This document shows, in pieces, positions 24,447-39,030 of a stretch of DNA of 64,000 nt. The notes beneath the pieces are model-generated. The model was given only the letters and a program-made list of their open reading frames with translations. It searched no databases and had not been told where the DNA came from. The stretch covers positions 10,602,001-10,666,000 of the forward strand of contig OZ004613.1 in the NCBI GenBank assembly GCA_963924565.1, read 5' to 3'. A program made the position numbers and the translations under genes. Position 1 is the stretch's first letter. The number at the start of each line of letters is the position of its first letter. The DNA comes from Ascidiella aspersa. Taxonomy: Eukaryota.

Positions 24447-25467
24447 CAACGAATGTTTTACTGCATCAATCACTTGTAAATGTATACACATTGATAATTT
24501 TTTTATGTATTTAAGTCCGTCAGTCGTGTTGGTTTCATTTAGAGCATTGAGTGTGAATTACTTTTATATTTCAAACAAAACAAAAATATTGATATTTTAT
24601 CCACAATGATACCACTTTTTAGTTAGTTTATTATATCCCGAATACATTCTGTTGTTTTTGTTGAAGATAAAATTTGAATGATATTTCGTTATCCTTCCAT
24701 CTTACTGCAAACAGCTGGGTATCCAAGACTGGCTATCTTATCAAAAGGATCAATTGCATTTGGTTACACACTTTAAATTAAGTAGGAATTCGTGTGAATT
24801 GCTTTGGTTCACTTTGCGTTGCAACTACTCACTAAAGATAAAACAATAATCAATCTGGCGAAGATTGGGTGTGTTGTTACGATAAGGCAGAAATAATTTC
24901 AAACGAGCATTATGTAAATCACGAGATACAACAGAGATGGTTCACGACAAAGTTTTTCCTCACACGTAACCATCGTCGATATATCAAAATGTAAGTTGGA
25001 CAACGACAAACCACTTTTGGAAGACATTTTATAATGTATCATTTCTTAAGCTGTCGTTTTCAATTAAAATTGATAACTGTTTTAGAGACTGGTGAAAGTA
25101 TATAATATACATTATGTATTGCACCAAATTTTGGTGTGATTTTAATATTCGTAAATGCACCGATACACTCGGAATTTTGTATGCAGTTTTTCTATTACCT
25201 GAAAAAAATTATTTTTTCCTTGCCCGAGTGCTTAACTTCTGATTAGTAGAACACGTGTGTGTTGCAATTCACTAGATAATGAAGTGTCTAACAACTAATT
25301 ACACCAATCAATTGTTTTAATTCGTTTTTACCATTAGTTGTTGATTTGTAAAGCCAGTTCCATAGCTTGAATGTATACTTAGATCAGTCGGCTCATCTAA
25401 TAACGTCATTTAATAGGGCTGCGCGTCTGCGGCCACATTGATAGGCCCAATTTCGACTCGCTTTTTC

Positions 25468-25769
25468 GCCGGGCTCGTTGGTGTGGGCCTGTAATCCAAA
25501 CGACTTCGGAGGCTAGAGTTGGAGGACGGCTTGAGAATGGGAGTTCTGCGGCGCATTGACCTATGTCGATCGGGCGTCCGCGCTAAGCTCGGCGTCAATA
25601 TGGAGATCTCGGGGGAGCCTGAGATGTCCAGGTTGTCCAAGGAGGAACGAACCGGGCCAGGCCCGTAAGGGAGCAGCCAAAAGTTCCCACGTCGTTCAGT
25701 AGCGGGATAGCGCCTGTGAATAGGCAAGGTGTCGTAGCCCATTCAATACAGCAGGACCCAATTCTTTTT
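25468..25769 (+). ncRNA. RN7SL: 7SL/SRP RNA copy 14 (GGAG)
   Basis: Same hallmarks as copy 3. Confidence 0.93.
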
Positions 25770-26794
25770 CAACGAATGTTTTACTGCATCAATCACTTGT
25801 AAATGTTTACACATTGATAATTTTTTTATGTCTTTAAGTCCGTCAGCCGTGTTGGTTTCATTTAGAGCATTGAGTGTAAATTACTTTTATTTTTCAAACA
25901 AAACAAAACAAAAATATTGATATTTTATCCACAATGATACCACTTTTTAGTTAGTTCATTGTATACCGAATACATTCTGTTGTTTTTGTTGAAGATAAAA
26001 TTAGAATGATATTTCGTTATTCTTCCATCTTACTGCAAACAGCTGGGTATCCAAGACTGGCTATCTTATCAAAAGGATCAATTGCCTTTGGTTACACACT
26101 TTAAATTAAGTAGGAATTCGTGTGAATTGCTTTGGTTCACTTTGCGTTGCAACTACTCACTAAAGATAAAACAATAATCAATCTGGCGAAGATTGGGTGT
26201 GTTGTTACGATAAGGCAGAAATAATTTCAAACGAGCATTATGTAAATCACGAGATACAAAAGAGATGGTTCACGACAAAGTTTTTTCCTCACACGTAACC
26301 ATCGTCGATATATCAAAATGTAAGTTGGACAACGACAAACCACTTTTGGAAGACATTTTATAAAGTATTATTTCTTAAGCTGTCGTTTTCAGATAAAATT
26401 GATAACTCTTTTAGAGACTGGTGAAAGTATATAATATACATTATGTGATCTACCAAATTTTGGTGTGATTTTAATATTCGTAAATGCACTGATCCACTCG
26501 GAATTTTGTATGCAGTTTTTCTATTACCTGAAAAAATATTTTTTCCTTGCCCGAGTGCTTAACTTCCGATTAGTAGAATACGTGTGTGTAAGAATTCACT
26601 AGATAATGAAGTGTTTAACAACTAATTACACCAATCAATTGTTTTAATTCGTGTTTACCATTAGTTGTTGATTTGTACAGCCAGTTCCATAGCTTGAATG
26701 TATACTTAGATCAGTCGGCTCATCTAATGACGTCATTTAATAGGGCTGCGCGTCTGCGGCCACATTGATAGGCCCAATTTCGACTCGCTTTTTC

Positions 26795-27096
26795 GCCGGG
26801 CTCGTTGGTGTGGGCCTGTAATCCAAACGACTTCGGAGGCTAGAGTTGGAGGACGGCTTGAGAATGGGAGTTCTGCGGCGCATTGACCTATGTCGATCGG
26901 GCGTCCGCGCTAAGCTCGGCGTCAATATGGAGATCTCGGGGGAGCCTGAGATGTCCAGGTTGTCCAAGGAGGAACGGACCGGGCCAGGCCCGTAAGGGAG
27001 CAGCCAAAAGTTCCCACGTCGTTCAGTAGCGGGATAGCGCCTGTGAATAGGCAAGGTGTCGTAGCCCATTCAATACAGCAGGACCCAATTCTTTTT
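26795..27096 (+). ncRNA. RN7SL: 7SL/SRP RNA copy 15 (GGAG)
   Basis: Same hallmarks as copy 3. Confidence 0.93.
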
Positions 27097-28120
27097 CAAC
27101 GAATGTTTTACTGCATCAATCACTTGTAAATGTTTTCACATTGATAATTTTTTTATGTCTTTAAGTCCGTCAGCCGTGTTGGTTTCATTTAGAGCATTGA
27201 GTGTAAATTACTTTTATTTTTCAAACAAAACAAAACAAAAATATTGATATTTTATCCACAATGATACCACTTTTTAGTTAGTTCATTATATACCGAATAC
27301 ATTCTGTTGTTTTTGTTGAAGATAAAATTAGAATGATATTTCGTTATTCTTCCATCTTACTGCAAACAGCTGGGTATCCAAGACTGGCTATCTTATCAAA
27401 AGGATCAATTGCCTTTGGTTACACACTTTAGATTAAGTAGGAATTCGTGTGAATTGCTTTGGTTCACTTTGCGTTGCAACTACTCACTAAAGATAAAACA
27501 ATAATCAATCTGGCGAAGATTGGGTGTGTTGTTACGATAAGGCAGAAATAATTTCAAACGAGCATTATGTAAATCACGAGATACAAAAGAGATGGTTCAC
27601 GACAAAGTTTTTTCCTCACACGTAACCATCGTCGATATATCAAAATGTAAGTTGGACAACGACAAACCACTTTTGGAAGACATTTTATAAAGTATTATTT
27701 CTTAAGCTGTCGTTTTCAGATAAAATTGATAACTCTTTTAGAGACTGGTGAAAGTATATAATATACATTATGTGATCTACCAAATTTTGGTGTGATTTTA
27801 ATATTCGTAAATGCACTGATCCACTCGGAATTTTGTATGCAGTTTTTCTATTACCTGAAAAAATATTTTTTCCTTGCCCGAGTGCTTAACTTCCGATTAG
27901 TAGAATACGTGTGTGTAAGAATTCACTAGATAATGAAGTGTTTAACAACTAATTACACCAATCAATTGTTTTAATTCGTGTTTACCATTAGTTGTTGATT
28001 TGTACAGCCAGTTCCATAGCTTGAATGTATACTTAGATCAGTCGGCTCATCTAATGACGTCATTTAATAGGGCTGCGCGTCTGCGGCCACATTGATAGGC
28101 CCAATTTCGACTCGCTTTTT

Positions 28121-28421
28121 GCGGGCTCGTTGGTGAGGGCCTGTAATCCGAACGACTTCGGAGGCTAGAGTTGGAGGACGGCTTGAGAATGGGAGTTCTG
28201 CGGCGCATTGACCTATGTCGATCGGGCGTCCGCGCTAAGCTCGGCGTCAATATGGAGATCTTTGGGAAGCCTGAGATGTCCAGGTTGTCCAAGGAGGAAC
28301 GAACCGGGCCAGGCCCGTAAGGGAGCAGCCAAAAGTTCCCACGTCGTTCAGTAGCGGGATAGCGCCTGTGAATAGGCAAGGTGTCGTAGCCCATTCAATA
28401 CAGCAGGACCCAATTCTTTTT
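28121..28421 (+). ncRNA. RN7SL: 7SL/SRP RNA copy 16 (GAAG; 5' end GCGGGC, small deletions)
   Basis: Same hallmarks as copy 3; two single-C losses at the start may be real or a sequencing error. Confidence 0.88.
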
Positions 28422-29448
28422 CAACGAATGTTTTACTGCATCAATCACTTGTAAATGTATACACATTGATAATTTTTTTATGTATTTAAGTCCGTCAGCC
28501 GTGTTGGTTTCATTTAGAGCATTGAGTGTAAATTACTTTTATTTTTCAAACAAAACAAAACAAAAATATTGATATTTTATCCACAATGATACCACTTTTT
28601 AGTTAGTTCATTATATCCCGAATACATTCTGTTGTTTTTGTTGAAGGTAAAATTTGAATGATATTTCGTTATTCTTCCATCTTACTGCAAACAGCTGGGT
28701 ATCCAAGACTGGCTATCTTATCAAAAGGATCAATTGCATTTGGTTACACACTTTAGATTAAGTAGGAATTCGTGTGAATTGCTTTGGTTCACTTTGCGTT
28801 GCAACTACTCACTAAAGATAAAACAATAATCAATCTGGCGAAGATTGGGTGTGTTGTTACGATAAGGCAGAAATAATTTCAAACGAGCATTATGTAAATC
28901 ACGAGATACAACAGAGATGGTTCACGACAAAGTTTTTTCCTCACACGTAACCATCGTCGATATATCAAATTGTAAGTTGGACAACGACAAACCACTTTTG
29001 GAAGACATTTTATAATGTATTATTTCTTAAGCTGTCGTTTTCAATTAAAATTGATAATTGTTTCAGAGACTGGTGAAAGTATATAATATACATTATGTAT
29101 TGCACCAAATTTTGGTGTGATTTTAATATTCGTAAATGCACCGATACACTCGGAATTTTGTATGCAGTTTTTCTATTACCTGAAAAAAATTATTTTTTCC
29201 TTGCCCGAGTGCTTAACTTCTGATTAGTAGAATACGTGTGTGTTGCAATTCACTAGATAATGAAGTGTCTAACGACTAATTACACCAATCAATTGTTTTA
29301 ATTCGTTTTTACCATTTGTTGTTGATTTGTAAAGCCAGTTCCATAGCTTGAATGTATTCTTAGATCAGTCGGCTCATCTAATGACGTCATTTAATAGGGC
29401 TGCGCGTCTGCGGCTACATTGATAGGCCCAATTTCGACTCGCTTTTTC

Positions 29449-29750
29449 GCCGGGCTCGTTGGTGTGGGCCTGTAATCCAAACGACTTCGGAGGCTAGAGT
29501 TGGAGGACGGCTTGAGAATGGGAGTTCTGCGGCGCATTGACCTATGTCGATCGGGCGTCCGCGCTAAGCTCGGCGTCAATATGGAGATCTCGGGGGAGCC
29601 TGAGATGTCCAGGTTGTCCAAGGAGGAACGAACCGGGCCAGGCCCGTAAGGGAGCAGCCAAAAGTTCCCACGTCGTTCAGTAGCGGGATAGCGCCTGTGA
29701 ATAGGCAAGGTGACGTAGCCCATTCAATACAGCAGGACCCAATTCTTTTT
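29449..29750 (+). ncRNA. RN7SL: 7SL/SRP RNA copy 17 (GGAG)
   Basis: Same hallmarks as copy 3. Confidence 0.93.
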
Positions 29751-30777
29751 CAACGAATGTTTTACTGCATCAATCACTTGTAAATGTATACACATTGATA
29801 ATTTTTTTATGTATTTAAGTCCGTCAGCCGTGTTGGTTTCATTTAGAGCATTGAGTGTAAATTACTTTTATTTTTCAAACAAAACAAAACAAAAATATTG
29901 ATATTTTATCCACAATGATACCACTTTTTAGTTAGTTCATTATATCCCGAATACATTCTGTTGTTTTTGTTGAAGGTAAAATTTGAATGATATTTCGTTA
30001 TTCTTCCATCTTACTGCAAACAGCTGGGTATCCAAGACTGGCTATCTTATCAAAAGGATCAATTGCATTTGGTTACACACTTTAGATTAAGTAGGAATTC
30101 GTGTGAATTGCTTTGGTTCACTTTGCGTTGCAACTACTCACTAAAGATAAAACAATAATCAATCTGGCGAAGATTGGGTGTGTTGTTACGATAAGGCAGA
30201 AATAATTTCAAACGAGCATTATGTAAATCACGAGATACAACAGAGATGGTTCACGACAAAGTTTTTTCCTCACACGTAACCATCGTCGATATATCAAATT
30301 GTAAGTTGGACAACGACAAACCACTTTTGGAAGACATTTTATAATGTATTATTTCTTAAGCTGTCGTTTTCAATTAAAATTGATAATTGTTTCAGAGACT
30401 GGTGAAAGTATATAATATACATTATGTATTGCACCAAATTTTGGTGTGATTTTAATATTCGTAAATGCACCGATACACTCGGAATTTTGTATGCAGTTTT
30501 TCTATTACCTGAAAAAAATTATTTTTTCCTTGCCCGAGTGCTTAACTTCTGATTAGTAGAATACGTGTGTGTTGCAATTCACTAGATAATGAAGTGTCTA
30601 ACGACTAATTACACCAATCAATTGTTTTAATTCGTTTTTACCATTTGTTGTTGATTTGTAAAGCCAGTTCCATAGCTTGAATGTATTCTTAGATCAGTCG
30701 GCTCATCTAATGACGTCATTTAATAGGGGTGCGCGTCTGCGGCTACATTGATAGGCCCAATTTCGACTCGCTTTTTC

Positions 30778-31079
30778 GCCGGGCTCGTTGGTGTGGGCCT
30801 GTAATCCAAACGACTTCGGAGGCTAGAGTTGGAGGACGGCTTGAGAATGGGAGTTCTGCGGCGCATTGACCTATGTCGATCGGGCGTCCGCGCTAAGCTC
30901 GGCGTCAATATGGAGATCTCGGGGGAGCCTGAGATGTCCAGGTTGTCCAAGGAGGAACGAACCGGGCCAGGCCCGTAAGGGAGCAGCCAAAAGTTCCCAC
31001 GTCGTTCAGTAGCGGGATAGCGCCTGTGAATAGGCAAGGTGACGTAGCCCATTCAATACAGCAGGACCCAATTCTTTTT
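30778..31079 (+). ncRNA. RN7SL: 7SL/SRP RNA copy 18 (GGAG)
   Basis: Same hallmarks as copy 3. Confidence 0.93.
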
Positions 31080-32104
31080 CAACGAATGTTTTACTGCATC
31101 AATCACTTGTAAATGTTTACACATTGATAATTTTTTTATGTCTTTAAGTCCGTCAGCCGTGTTGGTTTCATTTAGAGCATTGAGTGTAAATTACTTTTAT
31201 TTTTCAAACAAAACAAAACAAAAATATTGATATTTTATCCACAATGATACCACTTTTTAGTTAGTTTATTATATACCGAATACATTCTGTTGTTTTTGTT
31301 GAAGATAAAATTTGAATGATATTTCGTTATTCTTCCATCTTACTGCAAACAGCTGGGTATCCAAGACTGGCTATCTTATCAAAAGGATCAATTGCCTTTG
31401 GTTACACACTTTAGATTAAGTAGGAATTCGTGTGAATTGCTTTGGTTCACTTTGCGTTGCAACTACTCACTAAAGATAAAACAATAATCAATCTGGCGAA
31501 GATTGGGTGTGTTGTTACGATAAGGCAGAAATAATTTCAAACGAGCATTATGTAAATCACGAGATACAACAGAGATGGTTCACGACAAAGTTTTTTCCTC
31601 ACACGTAACCATCGTCGATATATCAAAATGTAAGTTGGACAACGACAAACAACTTTTGGAAGACATTTTATAAAGTATTATTTCTTAAGCTGTCGTTTTC
31701 AGATAAAATTGATAACTCTTTTAGAGACTGGTGAAAGTATATAATATACATTATGTGATCTACCAAATTTTGTTGTGATTTTAATATTCGTAAATGCACT
31801 GATCCACTCGGAATTTTGTATGCAGTTTTTCTATTACCTGAAAAAATATTTTTTCCTTGCCCGAGTGCTTAACTTCCGATTAGTAGAATACGTGTGTGTA
31901 AGAATTCACTAGATAATGAAGTTTTTAACAACTAATTACACCAATCAATTGTTTTAATTCGTGTTTGCCATTAGTTGTTGATTTGTACAGCCAGTTCCAT
32001 AGCTTGAATGTATACTTAGATCAGTCGGCTCATCTAATGACGTCATTTAATAGGGCTGCGCGTCTGCGGCCACATTGATAGGCCCAATTTCGACTCGCTT
32101 TTTC

Positions 32105-32406
32105 GCCGGGCTCGTTGATGTGGGCCTGTAATCCGAACGACTTCGGAGGCTAGAGTTGGAGGACGGCTTGAGAATGGGAGTTCTGCGGCGCATTGACCTA
32201 TGTCGATCGGGCGTCCGCGCTAAGCTCGGCGTCAATATGGAGATCTTGGGGAAGCCTGAGATGTCCAGGTTGTCCAAGGAGGAACGAACCGGGCCAGGCC
32301 CGTAAGGGAGCAGCCAAAAGTTCCCACGTCGTTCAGTAGCGGGATAGCGCATGTGAATAGGCAAGGTGTCGTAGCCCATTCAATACAGCAGGACCCAATT
32401 CTTTTT
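32105..32406 (+). ncRNA. RN7SL: 7SL/SRP RNA copy 19 (GAAG)
   Basis: Same hallmarks as copy 3. Confidence 0.93.
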
Positions 32407-33433
32407 CAACGAATGTTTTACTGCATCAATCACTTGTAAATGTATACACATTGATAATTTTTTTATGTATTTAAGTCCGTCAGCCGTGTTGGTTTCATTT
32501 AGAGCATTGAGTGTAAATTACTTTTATTTTTCAAACAAAACAAAACAAAAATATTGATATTTTATCCACAATGATACCACTTTTTAGTTAGTTCATTATA
32601 TCCCGAATACATTCTGTTGTTTTTGTTGAATGTAAAATTTGAATGATATTTCGTTATTCTTCCATCTTACTGCAAACAGCTGGGTATCCAAGACTGGCTA
32701 TCTTATCAAAAGAATCAATTGCATGTGGTTACAAACTTTAGATTAAGTAGGAATTCGTGTGAATTGCTTTGGTTCACTTTGCGTTGCAACTACTCACTAA
32801 AGATAAAACAATAATCAATCTGGCGAAGATTGGGTGTGTCATTACGATAAAGCAGAAATAATTTCAAACGAGCATTATGTAAATCACGAGATACAAACGA
32901 GATGGTTCACGACAAAGTTTTTTCCTCACACGTAACCATCGTCGATATACCAAAATGTAAGTTGGACAACGACAAACCACTTTTGGAAGACATTTTATAA
33001 TGTATTATTTCTTAAGCTCTCGTTTTCAATTGAAATTGATATCTCTTTTAGAGACTGGTGAAAGTATATAATATACATTATGTGTTGCACCAAATTTTGG
33101 TGTAATTTTAATATTCGTAAATGCACCGATCCACTCGGAATTATGTATGCAGTTTTTCTATTACCTGAAACAATTTTTTTTTTCCTTGCCCGAGTACTTG
33201 ACTTCCGATTAGCAGAATACGTGTGTGTAATAATTCACCAGATAATGAAGTGTTTAACAACTAATTACACCAATCAATTGTTTTAATTCGTGTTTACCAT
33301 TAGTTGTTGATTTGTACAGCCAGTTCCGTAGCTTGAAAGTATACTTAGATCAGTCGGCTCATCTAATGACGTCATTTAATAGGGCTGCGCGTCTGCGGCC
33401 ACATTGATAGGCCCAATTTCGACTCGCATTTTC

Positions 33434-33734
33434 GCCGGGCTCGTTGGTGTGGGCCTGTAATCCGAACGACTTCGGTGGCTAGAGTTGGAGGACGGCTTGA
33501 GAATGGGAGTTCTGCGGCGCATTGACCTATGTCGATCGGGCGTCCGCGCTAAGCTCGGCGTCAATATGGAGATCTCGGGGGAGCCTGAGATGTCCAGGTT
33601 GTCCAAGGAGGAACGAACCGGGCCAGGCCCGTAAGGGAGCAGCCAAAACTTCCCACGTCATTCAGTAGCGGGATAGCGCCTGTGAATAGGCAAGGTGTCG
33701 TAGCCCATTCAATACAGCAGGACCCAATTCTTTT
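33434..33734 (+). ncRNA. RN7SL: 7SL/SRP RNA copy 20 (GGAG, T4 terminator)
   Basis: Same hallmarks as copy 3. Confidence 0.93.
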
Positions 33735-34743
33735 CAACGAATGTTTAACTGCATCACTTCGAAATGTTTACACATTGATAATTGTTTTATGTCTTTAAGT
33801 CCGTCAGTCGTGTTGGTTTCATTTAGTGCATTGAGTGTAAATTCCTTTTCTTTTTCAAACAAAACAAAACAAAAATATTGATATTTTATCCACAATGATA
33901 CCAGTTTTTATTTAGTTCATTATATCCCGAATACATTCTGTTGTTTTTGTTGAAGATAAAATTAGAATGATATTTCGTTATTCTTCCATCTTACTGCAAA
34001 CAGCTGGGTATCCAAGACTGGCTATCTTATCAAAAGGATCAATTGCCTTTGGTTACACACTTTAGATTAAGTAGGAATTCGTGTGAATAGCTTTGGTTCA
34101 CTTTGCGTTGCAACTACTCTCAAAAGATAAAACAATAATCAATCTGGCGAAGATTGAGTGTGTTATTACGATAAAGAAGAAATAATTTCAAACGACATTA
34201 TGTAAATCACGAGATACAACAGAGATGGTTCACGACAAATTTTTTCCTCACACGTAACCATCGTCGATGTAAGTTGGACAACGACAAGCTACTTTTGGAA
34301 GACATTTTATAATGTATTATTTCTTAAGCTGTCGTTTTCAATTGAAATTGATAACTGCTTTAGAGACTGGTGAAAGTATATAACATACATTATGTGTTGT
34401 ACCAAATTTTGGTGTGATTTTAATATTCGTAAATGCACCGATCCACTCGGAATTTTGTATGCAGTTTTTCTATTACCTGAAAAAGTTATTTTTTCTTGCC
34501 AGAGTGCTTAACTTCTGATTAGTAGAACACGTGTGTGTTGCAATTCACTAGATAATGAAGTGTCTAACAACTAATTACACCAATCAATTGTTTTAATTCG
34601 TGTTTACCATTAGTTGTTGATTTGTACAGCCAGTTCCATAGCTTGAATGTATACTTAGATCAGTCGGCTCATCTAATGACGTCATTTAATAGGGCTGCGC
34701 GTCTGCGGCCACATTGATAGGCCCAATTTCGACTCGCTTTTTC

Positions 34744-35045
34744 GCCGGGCTCGTTGGTGAGGGCCTGTAATCCGAACGACTTCGGAGGCTAGAGTTGGAG
34801 GACGGCTTGAGAATGGGAGTTCTGCGGCGCATTGACCTATGTCGATCGGGCGTCCGCGCTAAGCTCGGCGTCAATATGGAGATCTTTGGGAAGCCTGAGA
34901 TGTCCAGGTTGTCCAAGGAGGAACGAACCGGGCCAGGCCCGTAAGGGAGCAGCCAAAAGTTCCCACGTCGTTCAGTAGCGGGATAGCGCCTGTGAATAGG
35001 CAAGGTGTCGTAGCCCATTCAATACAGCAGGACCCAATTCTTTTT
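34744..35045 (+). ncRNA. RN7SL: 7SL/SRP RNA copy 21 (GAAG)
   Basis: Same hallmarks as copy 3. Confidence 0.93.
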
Positions 35046-36072
35046 CAACGAATGTTTTACTGCATCAATCACTTGTAAATGTATACACATTGATAATTTT
35101 TTTATGTATTTAAGTCCGTCAGCCGTGTTGGTTTCATTTAGAGCATTGAGTGTAAATTACTTTTATTTTTCAAACAAAACAAAACAAAAATATTGATATT
35201 TTATCCACAATGATACCACTTTTTAGTTAGTTCATTATATCCCGAATACATTCTGTTGTTTTTGTTGAAGGTAAAATTTGAATGATATTTCGTTATTCTT
35301 CCATCTTACTGCAAACAGCTGGGTATCCAAGACTGGCTATCTTATCAAAAGGATCAATTGCATTTGGTTACACACTTTAGATTAAGTAGGAATTCGTGTG
35401 AATTGCTTTGGTTCACTTTGCGTTGCAACTACTCACTAAAGATAAAACAATAATCAATCTGGCGAAGATTGGGTGTGTTGTTACGATAAGGCAGAAATAA
35501 TTTCAAACGAGCATTATGTAAATCACGAGATACAACAGAGATGGTTCACGACAAAGTTTTTTCCTCACACGTAACCATCGTCGATATATCAAATTGTAAG
35601 TTGGACAACGACAAACCACTTTTGGAAGACATTTTATAATGTATTATTTCTTAAGCTGTCGTTTTCAATTAAAATTGATAATTGTTTCAGAGACTGGTGA
35701 AAGTATATAATATACATTATGTATTGCACCAAATTTTGGTGTGATTTTAATATTCGTAAATGCACCGATACACTCGGAATTTTGTATGCAGTTTTTCTAT
35801 TACCTGAAAAAAATTATTTTTTCCTTGCCCGAGTGCTTAACTTCTGATTAGTAGAATACGTGTGTGTTGCAATTCACTAGATAATGAAGTGTCTAACGAC
35901 TAATTACACCAATCAATTGTTTTAATTCGTTTTTACCATTTGTTGTTGATTTGTAAAGCCAGTTCCATAGCTTGAATGTATTCTTAGATCAGTCGGCTCA
36001 TCTAATGACGTCATTTAATAGGGCTGCGCGTCTGCGGCTACATTGATAGGCCCAATTTCGACTCGCTTTTTC

Positions 36073-36374
36073 GCCGGGCTCGTTGGTGTGGGCCTGTAAT
36101 CCAAACGACTTCGGAGGCTAGAGTTGGAGGACGGCTTGAGAATGGGAGTTCTGCGGCGCATTGACCTATGTCGATCGGGCGTCCGCGCTAAGCTCGGCGT
36201 CAATATGGAGATCTCGGGGGAGCCTGAGATGTCCAGGTTGTCCAAGGAGGAACGAACCGGGCCAGGCCCGTAAGGGAGCAGCCAAAAGTTCCCACGTCGT
36301 TCAGTAGCGGGATAGCGCCTGTGAATAGGCAAGGTGACGTAGCCCATTCAATACAGCAGGACCCAATTCTTTTT
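36073..36374 (+). ncRNA. RN7SL: 7SL/SRP RNA copy 22 (GGAG)
   Basis: Same hallmarks as copy 3. Confidence 0.93.
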
Positions 36375-37399
36375 CAACGAATGTTTTACTGCATCAATCA
36401 CTTGTAAATGTTTACACATTGATAATTTTTTTATGTCTTTAAGTCCGTCAGCCGTGTTGGTTTCATTTAGAGCATTGAGTGTAAATTACTTTTATTTTTC
36501 AAACAAAACAAAACAAAAATATTGATATTTTATCCACAATGATACCACTTTTTAGTTAGTTTATTATATCCCGAATACATTCTGTTGTTTTTGTTGAAGA
36601 TAAAATTTGAATGATATTTCGTTATTCTTCCATCTTACTGCAAACAGCTGGGTATCCAAGACTGGCTATCTTATCAAAAGGATCAATTGCCTTTGGTTAC
36701 ACACTTTAGATTAAGTAGGAATTCGTGTGAATTGCTTTGGTTCACTTTGCGTTGCAACTACTCACTAAAGATAAAACAATAATCAATCTGGCGAAGATTG
36801 GGTGTGTTGTTACGATAAGGCAGAAATAATTTCAAACGAGCATTATGTAAATCACGAGATACAACAGAGATGGTTCACGACAAAGTTTTTTCCTCACACG
36901 TAACCATCGTCGATATATCAAAATGTAAGTTGGACAACGACAAACAACTTTTGGAAGACATTTTATAAAGTATTATTTCTTAAGCTGTCGTTTTCAGATA
37001 AAATTGATAACTCTTTTAGAGACTGGTGAAAGTATATAATATACATTATGTGATCTACCAAATTTTGTTGTGATTTTAATATTCGTAAATGCACTGATCC
37101 ACTCGGAATTTTGTATGCAGTTTTTCTATCACCTGAAAAAATATTTTTTCCTTGCCCGAGTGCTTAACTTCCGATTAGTAGAATACGTGTGTGTAAGAAT
37201 TCACTAGATAATGAAGTTTTTAACAACTAATTACACCAATCAATTGTTTTAATTCGTGTTTGCCATTAGTTGTTGATTTGTACAGCCAGTTCCATAGCTT
37301 GAATGTATACTTAGATCAGTCGGCTCATCTAATGACGTCATTTAATAGGGCTGCGCGTCTGCGGCCACATTGATAGGCCCAATTTCGACTCGCTTTTTC

Positions 37400-37701
37400 G
37401 CCGGGCTCGTTGATGTGGGCCTGTAATCCGAACGACTTCGGAGGCTAGAGTTGGAGGACGGCTTGAGAATGGGAGTTCTGCGGCGCATTGACCTATGTCG
37501 ATCGGGCGTCCGCGCTAAGCTCGGCGTCAATATGGAGATCTTGGGGAAGCCTGAGATGTCCAGGTTGTCCAAGGAGGAACGAACCGGGCCAGGCCCGTAA
37601 GGGAGCAGCCAAAAGTTCCCACGTCGTTCAGTAGCGGGATAGCGCATGTGAATAGGCAAGGTGTCGTAGCCCATTCAATACAGCAGGACCCAATTCTTTT
37701 T
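37400..37701 (+). ncRNA. RN7SL: 7SL/SRP RNA copy 23 (GAAG)
   Basis: Same hallmarks as copy 3. Confidence 0.93.
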
Positions 37702-38728
37702 CAACGAATGTTTTACTGCATCAATCACTTGTAAATGTATACACATTGATAATTTTTTTATGTATTTAAGTCCGTCAGCCGTGTTGGTTTCATTTAGAGC
37801 ATTGAGTGTAAATTACTTTTATTTTTCAAACAAAACAAAACAAAAATATTGATATTTTATCCACAATGATACCACTTTTTAGTTAGTTCATTATATCCCG
37901 AATACATTCTGTTGTTTTTGTTGAATGTAAAATTTGAATGATATTTCGTTATTCTTCCATCTTACTGCAAACAGCTGGGTATCCAAGACTGGCTATCTTA
38001 TCAAAAGAATCAATTGCATGTGGTTACAAACTTTAGATTAAGTAGGAATTCGTGTGAATTGCTTTGGTTCACTTTGCGTTGCAACTACTCACTAAAGATA
38101 AAACAATAATCAATCTGGCGAAGATTGGGTGTGTCATTACGATAAAGCAGAAATAATTTCAAACGAGCATTATGTAAATCACGAGATACAAACGAGATGG
38201 TTCACGACAAAGTTTTTTCCTCACACGTAACCATCGTCGATATACCAAAATGTAAGTTGGACAACGACAAACCACTTTTGGAAGACATTTTATAATGTAT
38301 TATTTCTTAAGCTCTCGTTTTCAATTGAAATTGATATCTCTTTTAGAGACTGGTGAAAGTATATAATATACATTATGTGTTGCACCAAATTTTGGTGTAA
38401 TTTTAATATTCGTAAATGCACCGATCCACTCGGAATTATGTATGCAGTTTTTCTATTACCTGAAACAATTTTTTTTTTCCTTGCCCGAGTACTTGACTTC
38501 CGATTAGCAGAATACGTGTGTGTAATAATTCACCAGATAATGAAGTGTTTAACAACTAATTACACCAATCAATTGTTTTAATTCGTGTTTACCATTAGTT
38601 GTTGATTTGTACAGCCAGTTCCGTAGCTTGAAAGTATACTTAGATCAGTCGGCTCATCTAATGACGTCATTTAATAGGGCTGCGCGTCTGCGGCCACATT
38701 GATAGGCCCAATTTCGACTCGCATTTTC

Positions 38729-39030
38729 GCCGGGCTCGTTGGTGTGGGCCTGTAATCCGAACGACTTCGGTGGCTAGAGTTGGAGGACGGCTTGAGAATG
38801 GGAGTTCTGCGGCGCATTGACCTATGTCGATCGGGCGTCCGCGCTAAGCTCGGCGTCAATATGGAGATCTCGGGGGAGCCTGAGATGTCCAGGTTGTCTA
38901 AGGAGGAACGAACCGGGCCAGGCCCGTAAGGGAGCAGCCAAAACTTCCCACGTCATTCAGTAGCGGGATAGCGCCTGTGAATAGGCAAGGTGTCGTAGCC
39001 CATTCAATACAGCAGGACCCAATTCTTTTT
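38729..39030 (+). ncRNA. RN7SL: 7SL/SRP RNA copy 24 (GGAG)
   Basis: Same hallmarks as copy 3. Confidence 0.93.
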